Shown here piece after piece: positions 50,811-63,700 of a stretch of DNA of 64,000 nt (positions are counted from its first letter, which is position 1; each line of letters opens with the position of its first letter). Made by a program: the position numbers and the translations under genes. This stretch comes from Octopus sinensis (lineage: Eukaryota). The stretch covers positions 23,932,001-23,996,000 of the forward strand of contig NC_043001.1 in the NCBI RefSeq assembly GCF_006345805.1, given 5' to 3'. The notes below the pieces were generated by a model, which saw only the letters and a list, made by a program, of their open reading frames with translations, was not told the origin of the DNA and made no database searches.

Positions 50811-51224
50811 TAGAGAGAGAGAGAGAGAGAAAGAAAGAAAGAGATAGAAAGATAGAGATAGAGATAGAGAGAAAGGACTAAGGAAGAAATACTGAAAAAT
50901 AAACTTGAAATGATCATTACCATTTTCTTAATTGATTAATTTGGAACGAGAGTTCATTAATAGGCTTCCGAATTTGATGAAGCTTATAGCGAGCAGTAAA
51001 TCGATATCCGATCATACATAATTTTTCTTTATAAATTACGATTAAAGAAAAACTGGTTCTTGGGCGATTTCGTGTCGCATTTGAAGCTGAGGTTAGTTTC
51101 TCAGTTAACAGTTCTTGAATATTGAAATGTTACACGCGTTCAGATGACATCTATTGCAATCGAACGAGAACATTGTGCATTATAACTTGCATTGATATCG
51201 TTATATCAATAGCTAAGGCGGTGA

Positions 51225-51400
51225 CACTGGGCAAAATGCTTCGTGGAGTTTCTTCCGGTTTTACGTCACGGGTCGACTTGGCTTTACGCCGAGGTCGAGT
51301 TAGCTTTTCCTCCTTTCGAGATCTGTAAAATAAGTACTAGCTGAGCATTGAGTTGTAATCGAATAGCTCCTCCCCGAAATTTTCAAGCCTTGTGTCTAAG
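51225..51400 (+). mobile_element. SINE-A, decayed
   Basis: Family match. Confidence 0.6.
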
Positions 51401-51402
51401 TG

Positions 51403-51760
51403 CGGGGGGGGGGGGTCGGCTACAGAGTTCATAGGCTGACCAAGATACTCATATGGAATGTAACCAAATGAGGTTTATTTTTTCACATAGTCCCATTGCG
51501 GTTCACACACTTCTTCCACCGGTGTTGCAGTGCTTGAATCTCATTGGTGAAAAAACTTTCATCCTGTTGGTTAAGAATAATAATAATAATAAAAAAGAAA
51601 ATCATCAACGGCAGATATGACGACATCATCACTGCGATGCTGCTTCTCAGCTAAGTTTCTTTTCTTTTCATGTTGGGGAACAGATAATACTCATATGGAC
51701 CAAATGGAGGAGAATAGGGAGGGTGATCAACCAGTCCAATGCCACAGTCACGCACCCTCG
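51403..51760 (-). mobile_element. Mariner 3' fragment with TIR, same family as 15300-16311
   Basis: CATAGGCTGAC TIR core; CATCATCACTGCGAT and TCATGTTGGGGAA shared. Confidence 0.8.
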
Positions 51761-53411
51761 TATAGTAAAAACAAACATATTATAGCAAATGAAATTGCCT
51801 TTTATTCTGTAGAGATATGATATGAAAAGTAATTATTAATTGAAATTAGATCGCATAGTTTTATGAATATAACTTAAATTTAAATTAAAATTAGTTACTG
51901 AATTCCATTTGAAAGACAAACGCCAGGAATTGTTAATGTTCAAAAGGTATATTGAAGTGTTTAGATTATTATGAAATAAAGTACAGATTCTATATTATTT
52001 TGTAAATGTATTCAAGTCAACTTGTTAAGGATTTGTTTTCGTATGAAAGCATATCAGAGTTTTGTCTTAATATATTTGGTGTTAGAATTTTGTGAATTCT
52101 CAACGAATTAAAAAAAGCATAGTGATGGAAATATTCTGCAATCTATTGGAAGGGGGTCACTAGAACAACATTTGGAACTTTTTTTCTTTGTCTATCTGAA
52201 GATTATACATCAAACTAGTTGAGCATACGTAAATCACTTTGAGCAGTCGGTCACGATCGAATTTTCCGGCCTGAAGAGGAAATTGAAAATTGTGACATTT
52301 ATGCAGTCCATAAGAATATTTATGATGCTATTTTGAAACAAAATTTACTATTGTTATAAATCAAAAACAGGCTCATATAAATAGGACCACCAAGAGCTTG
52401 CATCCATCTTATGACATTTTGTGGCTTAAATAGAACTATTTCTTCTTAAGAAATCTGCTGCTGCTGCAGGCGGTGTGAAAGATCTAAAATTACAATGAAA
52501 CGGTTTGATGTTTGTTAATAATTGTATTCAAGTCATTTACGTTTCTTGTCCATATTTAATATCCAATCAATGAAAAGACATTCTAGAATTCTTAAATAAC
52601 TTTTACCTTGGTTTGCTTAATTTGATGAAAGTATCTGACAAGCTCTCCGTGATGGTTTAAATATATGTATTTGTAGCGATATAAATGTGTGAAATGAAGT
52701 TTTACGGTGAAGAAATAAGACACTTTCAGATTTTATGGAAGAAATGGTAGTCTGAGACGTTTTGTATTTCTTGAAAGCGTAACCGACAATAAATAAATAA
52801 AGCAATGTAGCTTCAACCGGAAATCAAAACTAGCTCACGGACTGTACTTGCTGGGAAGCTAACAAAACTAGCAATAAAAAGCTGTAAAGCAATGGACGAA
52901 TTATATATTCGGAGATTAGTAGTATAATGCCTTCACACATCCTTATACAATGAAATAATCTAAGCTAAAGCTATAACAGCAATGAAAAGGACTGTATAAT
53001 GAACAATAGAAGCAGTTTTCTGAAATTGTTCGAGCTGTCTTATAATATCACAAATGTATATATATATATATTTCTGAAGTCAAACAGGTATAGTAATAAA
53101 CAAACGCACAGAAAGACATACTAAATCCACTGAATACATAGATGCACAGGTGAACGGAGAACACGCACGGATAAGAAATTCCTCATCAGTTGTTGGCCGA
53201 GGCGTCAAGCGCAATTTCATGCCATTATCGATAACATTGCACCCACCTCAGAGGCAACCAGTGAGAGAACCTTCTGGGGAAACGACCAAAACATAATAAA
53301 ACAAGATGGACAACAAGGAGGAAGGAGGAAAAAAACGAAATAAGCAAACAGAATATGACCTTAGAGCTGGGCGAAGACAACATATACGAAATAATAATAA
53401 TACATACACGA

Positions 53412-53470
<59 letters not shown>

Positions 53471-53472
<2 letters not shown>

Positions 53473-54018
53473 GCCCTGATGCAGTACCAGACAGTGGTTC
53501 TCATGGCTTCTGATCTTAACTGATTGGAAGTATTATCATGTACATTGTTTTGTCTTGGTATAAAAGATGGGATACAGCAAATATTCTGCTCAATACCACA
53601 GATTTGCTTATCAGTTATTTGACCTTAACCAGCTGTCCATGTCCCTTAGTGGCTGACGATATGTGCATCTCTGACCACGAGCAGAAGTAGTGGGGGAGCA
53701 TCATAGCCGTGTGTTGAAAGGAAATATTGGAGGTTTAGATAATTCACCTTTGGAAACATGTGTGGTTCGATCAACATCCTTAAAGAATCCTTATTCAAGG
53801 ACCTTTTGAGCGGGATGGGCTACTCGAAAATTCTAACTGGGCCCCACCTGCAAGGTCATGCGCTGTTTATCTTGATATGAGATCACCATGTCGTGCACAT
53901 TTGGTTGTGATGCATGTGCCCGATGTACCCTTATCAGACGGGTAGTCATGATGGGTATACTGGGCTTCGTATATTTTACCCCAGTGTCACTTTGTTGGCA
54001 TGCACTGCTCTCTCACTC
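53471..54018 (+). mobile_element. About 550-bp retroposon embedded in (AAT)n
   Basis: Longest copy; shares the 3' end GCACTGCTCTCTCACTC(AAT)n with 19872; related end at 48208. Confidence 0.8.
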
Positions 54019-54083
<65 letters not shown>

Positions 54084-54141
54084 TAATAATAATAATAGTA
54101 ATAATAATAATAATAATAATGATAATAATAATAATAATATA

Positions 54142-54173
<32 letters not shown>

Positions 54174-54714
54174 TTAATAATAATAATGCATACATACATA
54201 CATACATACATACATACATACATACACAACAAAGAAAGCCGCGGGCTAGCAGAAAAACAAGTGTGGAGTAACGCAAACAAGAAGGAACACTGCCCTACGG
54301 GATTAAAGCAAATACAAGAGAAAAGTAGAGCGGGGCTCAAAGAAGTATGGCCGATCAGGTCGAAGGTGATGCGAAATAAAATGACGTCACCTTAGAACGT
54401 GACCGGTTACGTGGTTGTGGGAAGAGGGAGGAAGAGTCATAGGAACTAGAGAACGATAGGGAAGGAAAGAGAGAAAGAGAGAGCGAGAGGCACGGAGGGA
54501 AAGAGAAAAAGACAGAGAGGAAGAGATAGTAAAAAGGAAGGTGAAAGAGAGGCAAAAGAAAAGGAAAGAGACGGACTAAAATTGTGCAAAAATATTCTCG
54601 GAATACTTGGACGAATGGGTAAAAAATAAGGCGTGCGTTACGTTAGAAAATTTATCTCATACTGTTTCAATGTTCGTATTCTGCCAACAGATATTGTGTT
54701 GTGAAGGAGTCACT

Positions 54715-55139
54715 GGATCTTTTCGGTTTGACCGGCAGTTTTTTAAAATAATTTCCATGTAACTAAACACTTTTAAACTTCGTATGCTGGTAGAATGTGT
54801 TTATAAAACATCTTTTTCTCTTGGCTTTATTGAGAAAATTCTATAGTTTGTAAGATATTTGTTGTTTTTTCTCTCCAATTTCTGCAATTTCAACCAAGCA
54901 AATACGTCTATTGAGGTAAAAAAAACATTCTGTGCCGTATGAATATGTTCCTCGTTTAAGAAACAGATTGGGTTTATTTACATTTGTGAAGAAAAAAAGA
55001 TACTCTCCCCCCACCCCTAACCCTAACCCTAACCCTAAAACAGATTGAAATGCAATAGATCGATACTAGGGTTATAATTATGGGTGAAAATTTCATATGA
55101 CAACGCTAGAAAAAATTGCCGTTCAAACCGAAAAGATCC
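54715..55139 (-). mobile_element. TIR element copy 3, flanked by a 69-bp direct duplication
   Basis: 54646-54714 vs 55140-55208, 4 mismatches. Confidence 0.92.
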
Positions 55140-55635
55140 GAAAATTTATCTTAAACTGTTTCAATGTTCGTATTCTGCCTACAGACATTGTGTTGTGAAG
55201 GAGTCACTTACAGGACTTCAGTTACGCTAAATCGAAAGTTGTTAGTAATCGGTATGGAATAAGATATATCATTGATCCAATTAAAGCTATACCAACAGGA
55301 AATATAAAAAAAGTAGGATTATGAGCGATCTTCCCGCAAGGAAAAAATCGTTATTTTATTATTTCCAATATTTCATTAAAACGTTGTCTCTACCGTCTTT
55401 TAATTTTTCTTTGAAATCGATTCCCTTCTCGTACTGTGATATTAAATCAGTTACCTTACGATTTGACATAGATCTGATCATCAAATTTAAAAGGTCGAAG
55501 AAAAGGAGAGAATTTAGGGAGAGCAAAATCTCGCTCAGAAATTTTGTCAAACATGACAGTTTCATTTCACGCCAAAACATAAAGGGACAACGATATCATT
55601 GACTTGCTATTAAATTTATATCAAGCAGTATAACG

Positions 55636-55850
55636 GAGTGGATGCACATGGCTTGGTGGTTAGGAACGTTGATTGTGGTGTTGATTCCTAGACTGGGCGA
55701 TGCTTGTGTTCTTGAGAAATTTCACTCAGCTAGCTAAAGTCAATAATCCTGCGGCGGACCGGCATCCCCTCCAGGTAGGGAATATGTACGCCATGAAAAC
55801 CGTGAAACCAGAATTAGGGGTCTATATGACTCGGAAAGGAACTTAACATT
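55636..55850 (+). mobile_element. SINE-E, decayed
   Basis: Related to 19294. Confidence 0.6.
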
Positions 55851-55925
55851 TAAAAAAAATTATAACGCAAGAAATTAATATGTTAATTAATAATTTAAAT
55901 TATTAAGGAAATTAATAATTAATAT

Positions 55926-56356
55926 AGGCATAGGAGTGGCTGTGTGGTAAGTAGCTTGCTTACCAACAACATGGTTCTGGGTTCAATCCCACTGCGTGGC
56001 ATCTTGGGCAAGTGTCTTCTTCTATAGCCTCGGGCCTACCAAAGCCTTGTCAGTGGATATGGTTGACGGAAACAGAAAGAAGCCCGTTGTATATGTATAT
56101 GTATATATATATATGTATGTATGTATATATATATATATATGTATGTGTGTATATGTTTGTGTGTCTGTGTTTGTCCCCTCAACATCGCTTGACAACTGAT
56201 GCTGGTGTGTTTACGCCTCCGTAACTTGCGGTTCAGCAAAAGAGACCGTTAGAATAAGTACTAGGCTTCTAAAGAATAAGTCCTGGGGTCGATTTGCTCG
56301 ACTAAAGGCGGTGCTCCACAGTCAAATGACTGAAACAAGTAAAATAGTAAAAGAGA
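55926..56356 (+). mobile_element. SINE-B, full length
   Basis: Complete family match. Confidence 0.9.
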
Positions 56357-56620
56357 GTATGTGCACGTAAATGAATTCTTAATCATAGACACGAACACTT
56401 GAATGAGTATGTATAGAGCTGGAACAAATACCGCTAAGTATATTCCCGACGTTCCAATTCTTCTCCTACTTCGTTGCCTTTAATTTTAGTTTCAATGATA
56501 TGGATATAGGTAGTGAGTTTGATTGACTTAAAATAGATTTACACTTTTATTAAGACATGCAAGTTTTTCATCATGAACAAATAGCGAGGAACCACAAAAT
56601 GAACGATATATATAATATAT

Positions 56621-56662
<42 letters not shown>

Positions 56663-56919
56663 CAATGGAACAAAAACGCAATAGAGGACAATAAAACATT
56701 CAGAAAGATAGACGATACAAAGGCGGACAAGAGAAACAATAATTAGAAAGACAGGTAAAAAAGGATGGGTCATTCTTGGCCTTCTTTCCTCAGTCAAGTT
56801 ACCAGAAGTCCTTACTGTTTCGGGCAGTTACACTTGAGACAGTTCGATCTGGTTGCCCTCTAAAAAGTCTAAGCTAAAGGCATTAGATATTTTTATAAGA
56901 AATGAACTCAACACGTTGT

Positions 56920-57060
56920 TTTTCATTCTCTCTCTGTTTATTTCCCCTTATTCCTTTCTGTCGAAGAGCGTAGGCTCGAAACGTAAAATACTTTTGCATT
57001 TTTCCCGGGCGCCAAACTTATACGCTTGCTTGTTGTTGTTCTTTGTGTTTCTATATATAC
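56920..57060 (+). mobile_element. Third copy of the HHR-like short element (motif 56954-56989)
   Basis: CUUU CUGUCGA A GAGC-GUAG-GCUC GAAA CG UA AAAU. Confidence 0.65.
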
Positions 57061-57350
57061 TGGGGTCGATGTAGTCGACTACTTACACTCTTCCCCGAAA
57101 TTTCTGGCTATGTGCCAAAATTTGAAACTAACATTTTGTATGCATATTTAAGCACATCGGGTAACATGCGTAGAGGCATTTCGTCCGTCTTTACGTTCTG
57201 AGTTCAAATTCTTCTCAGGTCGACTTTGCCTTTCATTCTTTCGGAGTCGATAAAATAAGTACCGGTCGAACACTGGAGTCGATGTAATCGACTTAGCGAC
57301 CTCCTCGAAATTGCTGGCTTTGTGGCAAAGTTTGTAACTAATATTTGGTG
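57061..57350 (+). mobile_element. SINE-A fragments
   Basis: Family match. Confidence 0.75.
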
Positions 57351-57399
57351 TGCATATGACTTTTATTTTCACTTAGACTAAGTGAGAGAAATAAAGTTT

Positions 57400-60300
57400 T
57401 TAAGATGCTGCTGTAGTAGTGGCCTGGAGTGGCGCAGGTGGTTGTTTGTGGTAATTTCTGTAAGTAGTGACAGAACATGAATGTTAGGGAGTGTTACAAT
57501 AACAAACCACTCTTCCCGAATGTCTTGGGGTGTTTTTGTTTTAAAATTTAGTATTTATGTTTCATAGTGTAGGTGTTTGGTGGGGAAAGTCTGCCTGTTT
57601 TCTGTAATGCTTAGAAATGCGGTGTGTGCTCTTTGCATGCGGCTACGGTTTGTTGGGGAAAATTTCTGGTCGCCAGCGGGACTGATATAATCTATGATAG
57701 ATCAAATATACTGTACACCTTAGTTGTTAACAAACAAACAAACGCGTGTTCTGCGTAAGCTAAGAAACTTATGTAACTATAAGCTTAAGCAAACCAAATA
57801 CAAAAACGTAGTTTATAAGCGTTCACCGTATATTGTCTGCAGAAAAAAAATCTAATATTGGGGCTTAAACGCCCCAATATTTGACTATTTTCTATAGCCA
57901 ATATACGGCGATTGATTATAAGTTTAAGCTTATAATTACATTTACAATTCTCCTGTGTTGGCCAGATGTGCTACTAGTGAGAACTTCATACATAATTGCG
58001 ATCTGTGCTGCATTTTGTATTGTTTTCTGATATGGTTGTGAAGGTTGTAATGTTGCGCAAATATAAGTTTTGTCTTGTATGTATACTGTTGTTTTTTATA
58101 TTGTTGGGCGTGGCTCCTTGAAACTGAAGTTCTCTAGAGCTCCCGGTAAGAAGGAAGACGGTAAATCTGGAAAGAGCAACTTTAACTCTATTTGCATGGA
58201 ATCTAGGTTCCTAGGTGGTTGATGTAGATTTGGAATCATGTGACTGAGGAGAGTGGGTGGAAGAAGTGACGGTAATTTCATCGGTAATTTCATCTGGGTA
58301 TGAAGCTTTATGGAAAACTTGAGGAAGTATGGTGTAGGTTCAGGTTCAAAGACTTGGGGGAAAGACAGATCCTTGTGAAATTTTAGAGGATACATCTTAG
58401 CTTTGTTGGCGAGGGGGATGGTTTGATAAACAACATTTTGTGTTGTTAATTTATGTGTTGTGCATAAATTGGTAGAAAGAATAGAATGGAAAGTTTTGGG
58501 GGGTGTCAATAACAGAATGGTTTGTGGAGGATTTTGCTGAGGAAGCCATTATTAATTCTCTGTTTTAGATCTGTGAGTGTTGTTTAGTTGTCTGAATCCG
58601 TGTTGTGATTTGAAAAGAGGAGTGATGCGTGTTAGTAATATCAAAGACAAAATCCTTTAGTATTTTTGAGCTGTTCATAGAACGTTGATTGATGCTGTTT
58701 TAATTAGGTTTTTATTGGGCTTTAAAATTGCGATTTCTCCCACCCAGAGTCCTGATTCTTAAATTTTGCAATTTTAGTAGTAGCAGTTGCTATCGTTTAG
58801 CTCAATTTAATAGACTAATGATTAAAAGCATTCCATCCATGACCATCATGTTTAGTGTTGTAGTGTGTTATGAGAAGTGTTCAAGGTTTGGCATTCCTGT
58901 CTTTCTTGCGTGGGCCTGGGTGGTTAATTTTCGAAAAATGATGAGAGCATTTGTTTGTTGTTCAAATGTGAGTATGTTATCTAATGTTGTTATTATGACG
59001 TTTCATGTGATGTCGCAATTATTAATGTTTTTTGTTGTGGTTAATTACCCTGGCTAATGTTTCATTGCTTCTTTTGCGATTTATACTGTATACAATAATT
59101 TGACAGTTTTCCATTTTCTATGACTTTGTTATTTTCTTGTTTAGCATCTTGAAGTTAAATAGCATTTTTGTAGTGTGTGATGTTTGTTGTTGAGTTTGAG
59201 GTTATTCCGTCTATTTTCTAAAAGGTTATATCAGTTATTTTAGTAGTGTAATGGAGGTAAATTTTTTAATGTTGTCCAAAGAGGAGCTTTTTTCCGGAAG
59301 TATCAATTATTTTATGAATGTATCTACTACAGTCTCTATGTTTGTGACTGAAGTGTTATTCAGTTCGGCAAACCTTCTGTTCCATGTTTCAGTGATTTCA
59401 ATGGGATACTTTGAAATCTGTGATAATATTTATATTTTGTTTACTGATGTGTGAGTGTTTTCTAATGACGAGAGATAGATGGTGGCCGTGATGGAGAGCT
59501 GGAGGACTGCTTGTCATGTGAGAGCTTGAAGCTATACCTGCGGACAAGATGATAAAGTGGAGTAGCTTGAGTGTGTGACGCCCGGAGCCCCAAGCTCCCA
59601 AGCCAATACAGATTTACACCGCAGACCCAAAAGTGCCATACCAACCCATAGAGCGTCGTCATAGGTGGGCTACAACCAGCTACGCTACTGAGGTAATAAC
59701 TGTTGTAGTTAAGTTGGTGAGACATGCATATCTGCTGAGGTCGTTGCTTAGAAATGTGTAAACTGAGTTTAGTTGTTTGATGTTGCTTCACCTCAGTATT
59801 GTTTGTGTACCAAAATATGTTATTTGCATTGATGTTTTTGTCTAATTATTGTGTCTGGGAGTATATTCACCTGTATTAGTTGGAGTGTGTAACCTGATCG
59901 GGAAATTGGTGAGGTTCAAGTTAGTATGTATATGTTTATTATCTTAGCTTGTTTCGTGTAATTAACGGTACGTTTTTGTTGCTTGTATCTCAAGTATATT
60001 GGCTTGTTCTGTTAATGCTCCAGTTAATGCTTCGCGGTATTTATGCACTGAATACATGATGTTATGTACATTATGAAACCCCAATTGCTTGGCTTATCCT
60101 GTTTTATCAAGGTGTCGAGATGTATTATATGATTGAAGCGGGCAGGATGTCAAATGTTGGGTTTGCAATTCAGTTTCTTGAATAATAGAAATATGAATGT
60201 CATCTGTAATGATAAATTTGTTTAACACCGTGAAGGAATTTTTCGGCTGATAGCCTTGTATTACAACAGATTTCGATTTTTGCACTTATTTACGTGGTAT

Positions 60301-60420
60301 GTATTGATTATTTTGCTTGCTGGCGTGTATTTTATGTATCCGGTGCTTGCATTTATGTGTACCGTCTAAATGAAGCACTCAAATATATGAGAGTGACTTC
60401 TCGGCTTTTCCGGTTTTCCT
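57400..60420 (-). mobile_element. Heavily decayed APE-RT LINE (I/Jockey-group-like)
   Basis: APE motif IHISIIQETEL (about 60170-60200); post-RT SIIDYISPA..MQRAHTAFLSIT..FPTKHLHYET near 57550-57700; many stops. Confidence 0.7.
57773..57939. mobile_element. Small foldback/TIR insertion inside the LINE
   Basis: TIR GTAACTATAAGCTTAA / TTAAGCTTATAATTAC; inner inverted repeats; central 11-bp hairpin. Confidence 0.6.
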
Positions 60421-60512
60421 TGTCAAGCTTTGCTGTGATTTGATCAACTTTTATTTTTCTGTATAACGTTTTGACGTGTGTATGTATGTATGTATGTATG
60501 TATGTATGTATG

Positions 60513-60543
<31 letters not shown>

Positions 60544-60616
60544 TTATGCATGCGTATGTGTGCGGCGTGCGTGTGTGTGTATGTGCGCGGGTGTGCGTGC
60601 ATGTATCTATATGTAA

Positions 60617-60689
<73 letters not shown>

Positions 60690-60753
60690 ATATATATATA
60701 TATTATATATGTATGTGTGTGTGTGTGTGTGTACGTGCGAGTGTGTTTGCATG

Positions 60754-60788
<35 letters not shown>

Positions 60789-61142
60789 AAATATATATAT
60801 AATTTTTTTCGTAATGAGATAAAAAAATCCAAGGGTGTGTAGATTTTAGAACATTTATAAATAGAAGGTCTTACTGCTTTTTCTAGGATATTTATTATAT
60901 CCCTTCATCGGAAGCGGTTTGAGAAGATGGTTATGCAATAGTTAATTTAGATAAGATACGAGAGTGAGGTGGAGGAATGAAAATAGATGTGAGATATGCA
61001 AAGATATTGTATTTGTAGATCCATCATTTAGGCAGAATGGTATACATATAAGATTCCAATGCCTTATGAGTAAAACCCAATAGTATTTAAAATTGGTCAT
61101 TTCAAGTATAGAGTTTATACACAGTGTTATACACATGCATAT

Positions 61143-61288
61143 ACAGGCGTGGCTATGTGGTGAGGAGCTAGCTTCCCAACTGCATGGCTTCAGGTTCAAT
61201 CCAACTGCAGGTGTCTAGGGCCGACCAAAGCCTTGTGAGTAGATTTGTTAGGCGGAAACTGAAAGAAGCCCGGCATATTTATATGTGT

Positions 61289-61341
<53 letters not shown>

Positions 61342-61552
61342 TTTGTGTCTCTATTTGTCCTCCACAACCGCTTGACAACCGATTTTGGACTGTTTACGTC
61401 CCCGTATGTTAGCAGTTGAGTAAAGGAGATTGATAAAATAAGTACCGGTTAAGAAAAAATATGGTGCCAATTCATTCGACTAAATATTGTTCGAGACGGT
61501 GCCCCAAAGTGACCGCAGTCTATTGACTGAAACAAGTAAAAAGTAAAAGGTA
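61143..61552 (+). mobile_element. SINE-B, degenerate
   Basis: Family match. Confidence 0.8.
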
Positions 61553-61555
61553 ATA

Positions 61556-61637
<82 letters not shown>

Positions 61638-62980
61638 ATGTATGTATGTATGTATGTATGAATGAATGTATGTATGTGTATGTCTGTGCATGAATATATT
61701 GAGTACTTATTGTTTGAAATATCTAACACACCTCTAACTCATTCAGTTTGTTTTCTTGATGTTTGGTGGTTATGGTGTTTTACCCGTGACCATCCCGTTT
61801 TCTTTCGACCATATGATATCCAGGATTGGGTTGTCTGGTATAGTCACTCACTTGAAAGTTGATATGGCGATAAAATGAATAACAGTAAGTAATAATCAAA
61901 ATGATTAGTGTTTTTGCTGTTGTTGTTTAGTCTAGGTTAGCCTCTATTAAACCGACCGATGGTCAAAGAATCTTTGATCGCAGGTTTTTGACAAAGATGT
62001 TCCAACTTTTATGATCTCGTCTTTTTTAAAGATGGCGATGTTTCTAGATTTCCATTAACTAATACAGAAGTACGGAACCGTTTCAGTAATAAGGACAGAT
62101 TGTAAATGCTTGAAAACGTGTGGGCGGATAGTGCTGGGAAAAATGAATATTTTACAAATTTATAAAGGTGGATGGGTTTACACCAAGCAACATTGATTCA
62201 AATGCTATAAAGCACTGGCGAAGGAACTAGATTGTTATAATGTTTTAAACGCTGAAGCACCAAAAGAAGCCACCGAGTTTATAATGTTTTATAATTTATA
62301 AAGCTTCTTTGCCTCTTACGGAAAAATTTGTTTTGCTTTACTTTGCAGAGATTTTTTTTATTAGTTGGCAATTCTTGTTTGATTTGTAAGATAATCATTT
62401 ATAAATCTAGCATGCAAGGGTAAATTTAATGTTGAGAAAAATTGTCGGTATCAGTAAGCGGTGATACAATTTTGAATTCGGGATTCCGCGAAACTATATA
62501 ATACCAACATAGGATTTATAAAATTTCAAAATAGATAAGCCGTTAAATTTGTTTATCATATTAGTTCCATTATAATAAAATAAAAGATATTTGATTGTAA
62601 ATGAATTAATTCGGCTTGCAAGGAATCGGGAACCTTTATCTACGAGCAAATCAAAATGGTTTTCAGATATTCGTAGTTCGAGTTTATGATTTTGAAAATT
62701 TTGAAATCTCTTCTGAAATTGATTCAAAAGATGAAACGTTGTACTGTATACTCCACCATCAACTCTGATTCTGTAATTTCAATGTTAGAAAATGGACAAT
62801 GCGCTGATTTATACTGTTGAGTTCTGAACAATAATATCACCGATTGGCAAGAAAAGAACTAAGCTGATTTAGGCTCCTATATTTCAAACTTTTTAATGCG
62901 TAGGTTAATTTGCTCTGCATTATTACTTCGAACCTTTAATTAAAAAAAAATGGTTATTTGAGTAGTGTAATGGGAAGTGT

Positions 62981-63282
62981 GTGGAGGCACATGGCCTAGT
63001 AGTTAGAGCAGCAAACTCGCGGTCAAGACATCGCGGGTTCGAATCTCAGACTGGGCGATGTGTGTGTTTATGAGCGAAACACCTAAGCTCTACGCGGCTC
63101 CGGCAGAAGGTAATGGCGAACTTCTGCTGACTCTTTCGCCACAACTTTCTCTCACTCTTTCATCCTGCATCTTGCAGCTCACCTGCGACGGACCGGCGTC
63201 CCGTCCAATTGGGGAACCTATACGTCAAGGAAACCGGGAAACCGGCCCTTATGAGCCAGGCGTGGCTCGAGAAGGAACAAAC
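62981..63282 (+). mobile_element. SINE-C with tail type 2; 12-bp TSD
   Basis: AATGGGAAGTGT at 62969-62980 and 63283-63294. Confidence 0.88.
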
Positions 63283-63299
63283 AATGGGAAGTGTACTTC

Positions 63300-63700
63300 T
63301 TATGTTATCACATGAGGAATTTTTTCCGGTGATGTTAATAATTTTGCGAATGTATGTACTACAGTGCCTGTGTTTGAAACTGAAGTGTTGTTGACTTCTG
63401 CGAAACTTCTGTTTCATGTTTCAGTGAGTCGACAAGGCTACCTTGATGTTTGTGAGAATATTTATATTTTGTTCACTGATGTGTGAGTTTCTTGTTTTGA
63501 TAAGAGATAGGTATTGGGGGCAGAGAACTGAAGGACTGTTTGCCATGTGGCAGTTAGATGTGTAGCTCAGTTGATATCTGTTATAGTTAACCTGGCGAGG
63601 TATACGTGTAAGATTTGAACCATACAATGTCAAACTGGTTAATGCGTAGCATAACTTGTTCAGCGTTATTTTCCCGGATCTCTGCTCTCTCACTTCAAAT
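63300..63700 (-). mobile_element. Second fragment of the APE-RT LINE family
   Basis: Aligns to 59280-59530 (GATAATATTTATATTTTGTTTACTGATGTGTGAGT). Confidence 0.7.

Noticed and set aside
53160-53195. Minus-strand CTGATGA GGA..TCC
   Set aside because: GAAA absent; at best a decayed remnant.
55359-55580. 73-aa minus ORF with a protein-like C-terminal half
   Set aside because: No recognisable family; overlapping plus ORF of similar length suggests chance.
62020-62860. Possible decayed transposase or pseudogene
   Set aside because: Short open stretches with no diagnostic motif; needs a profile search.
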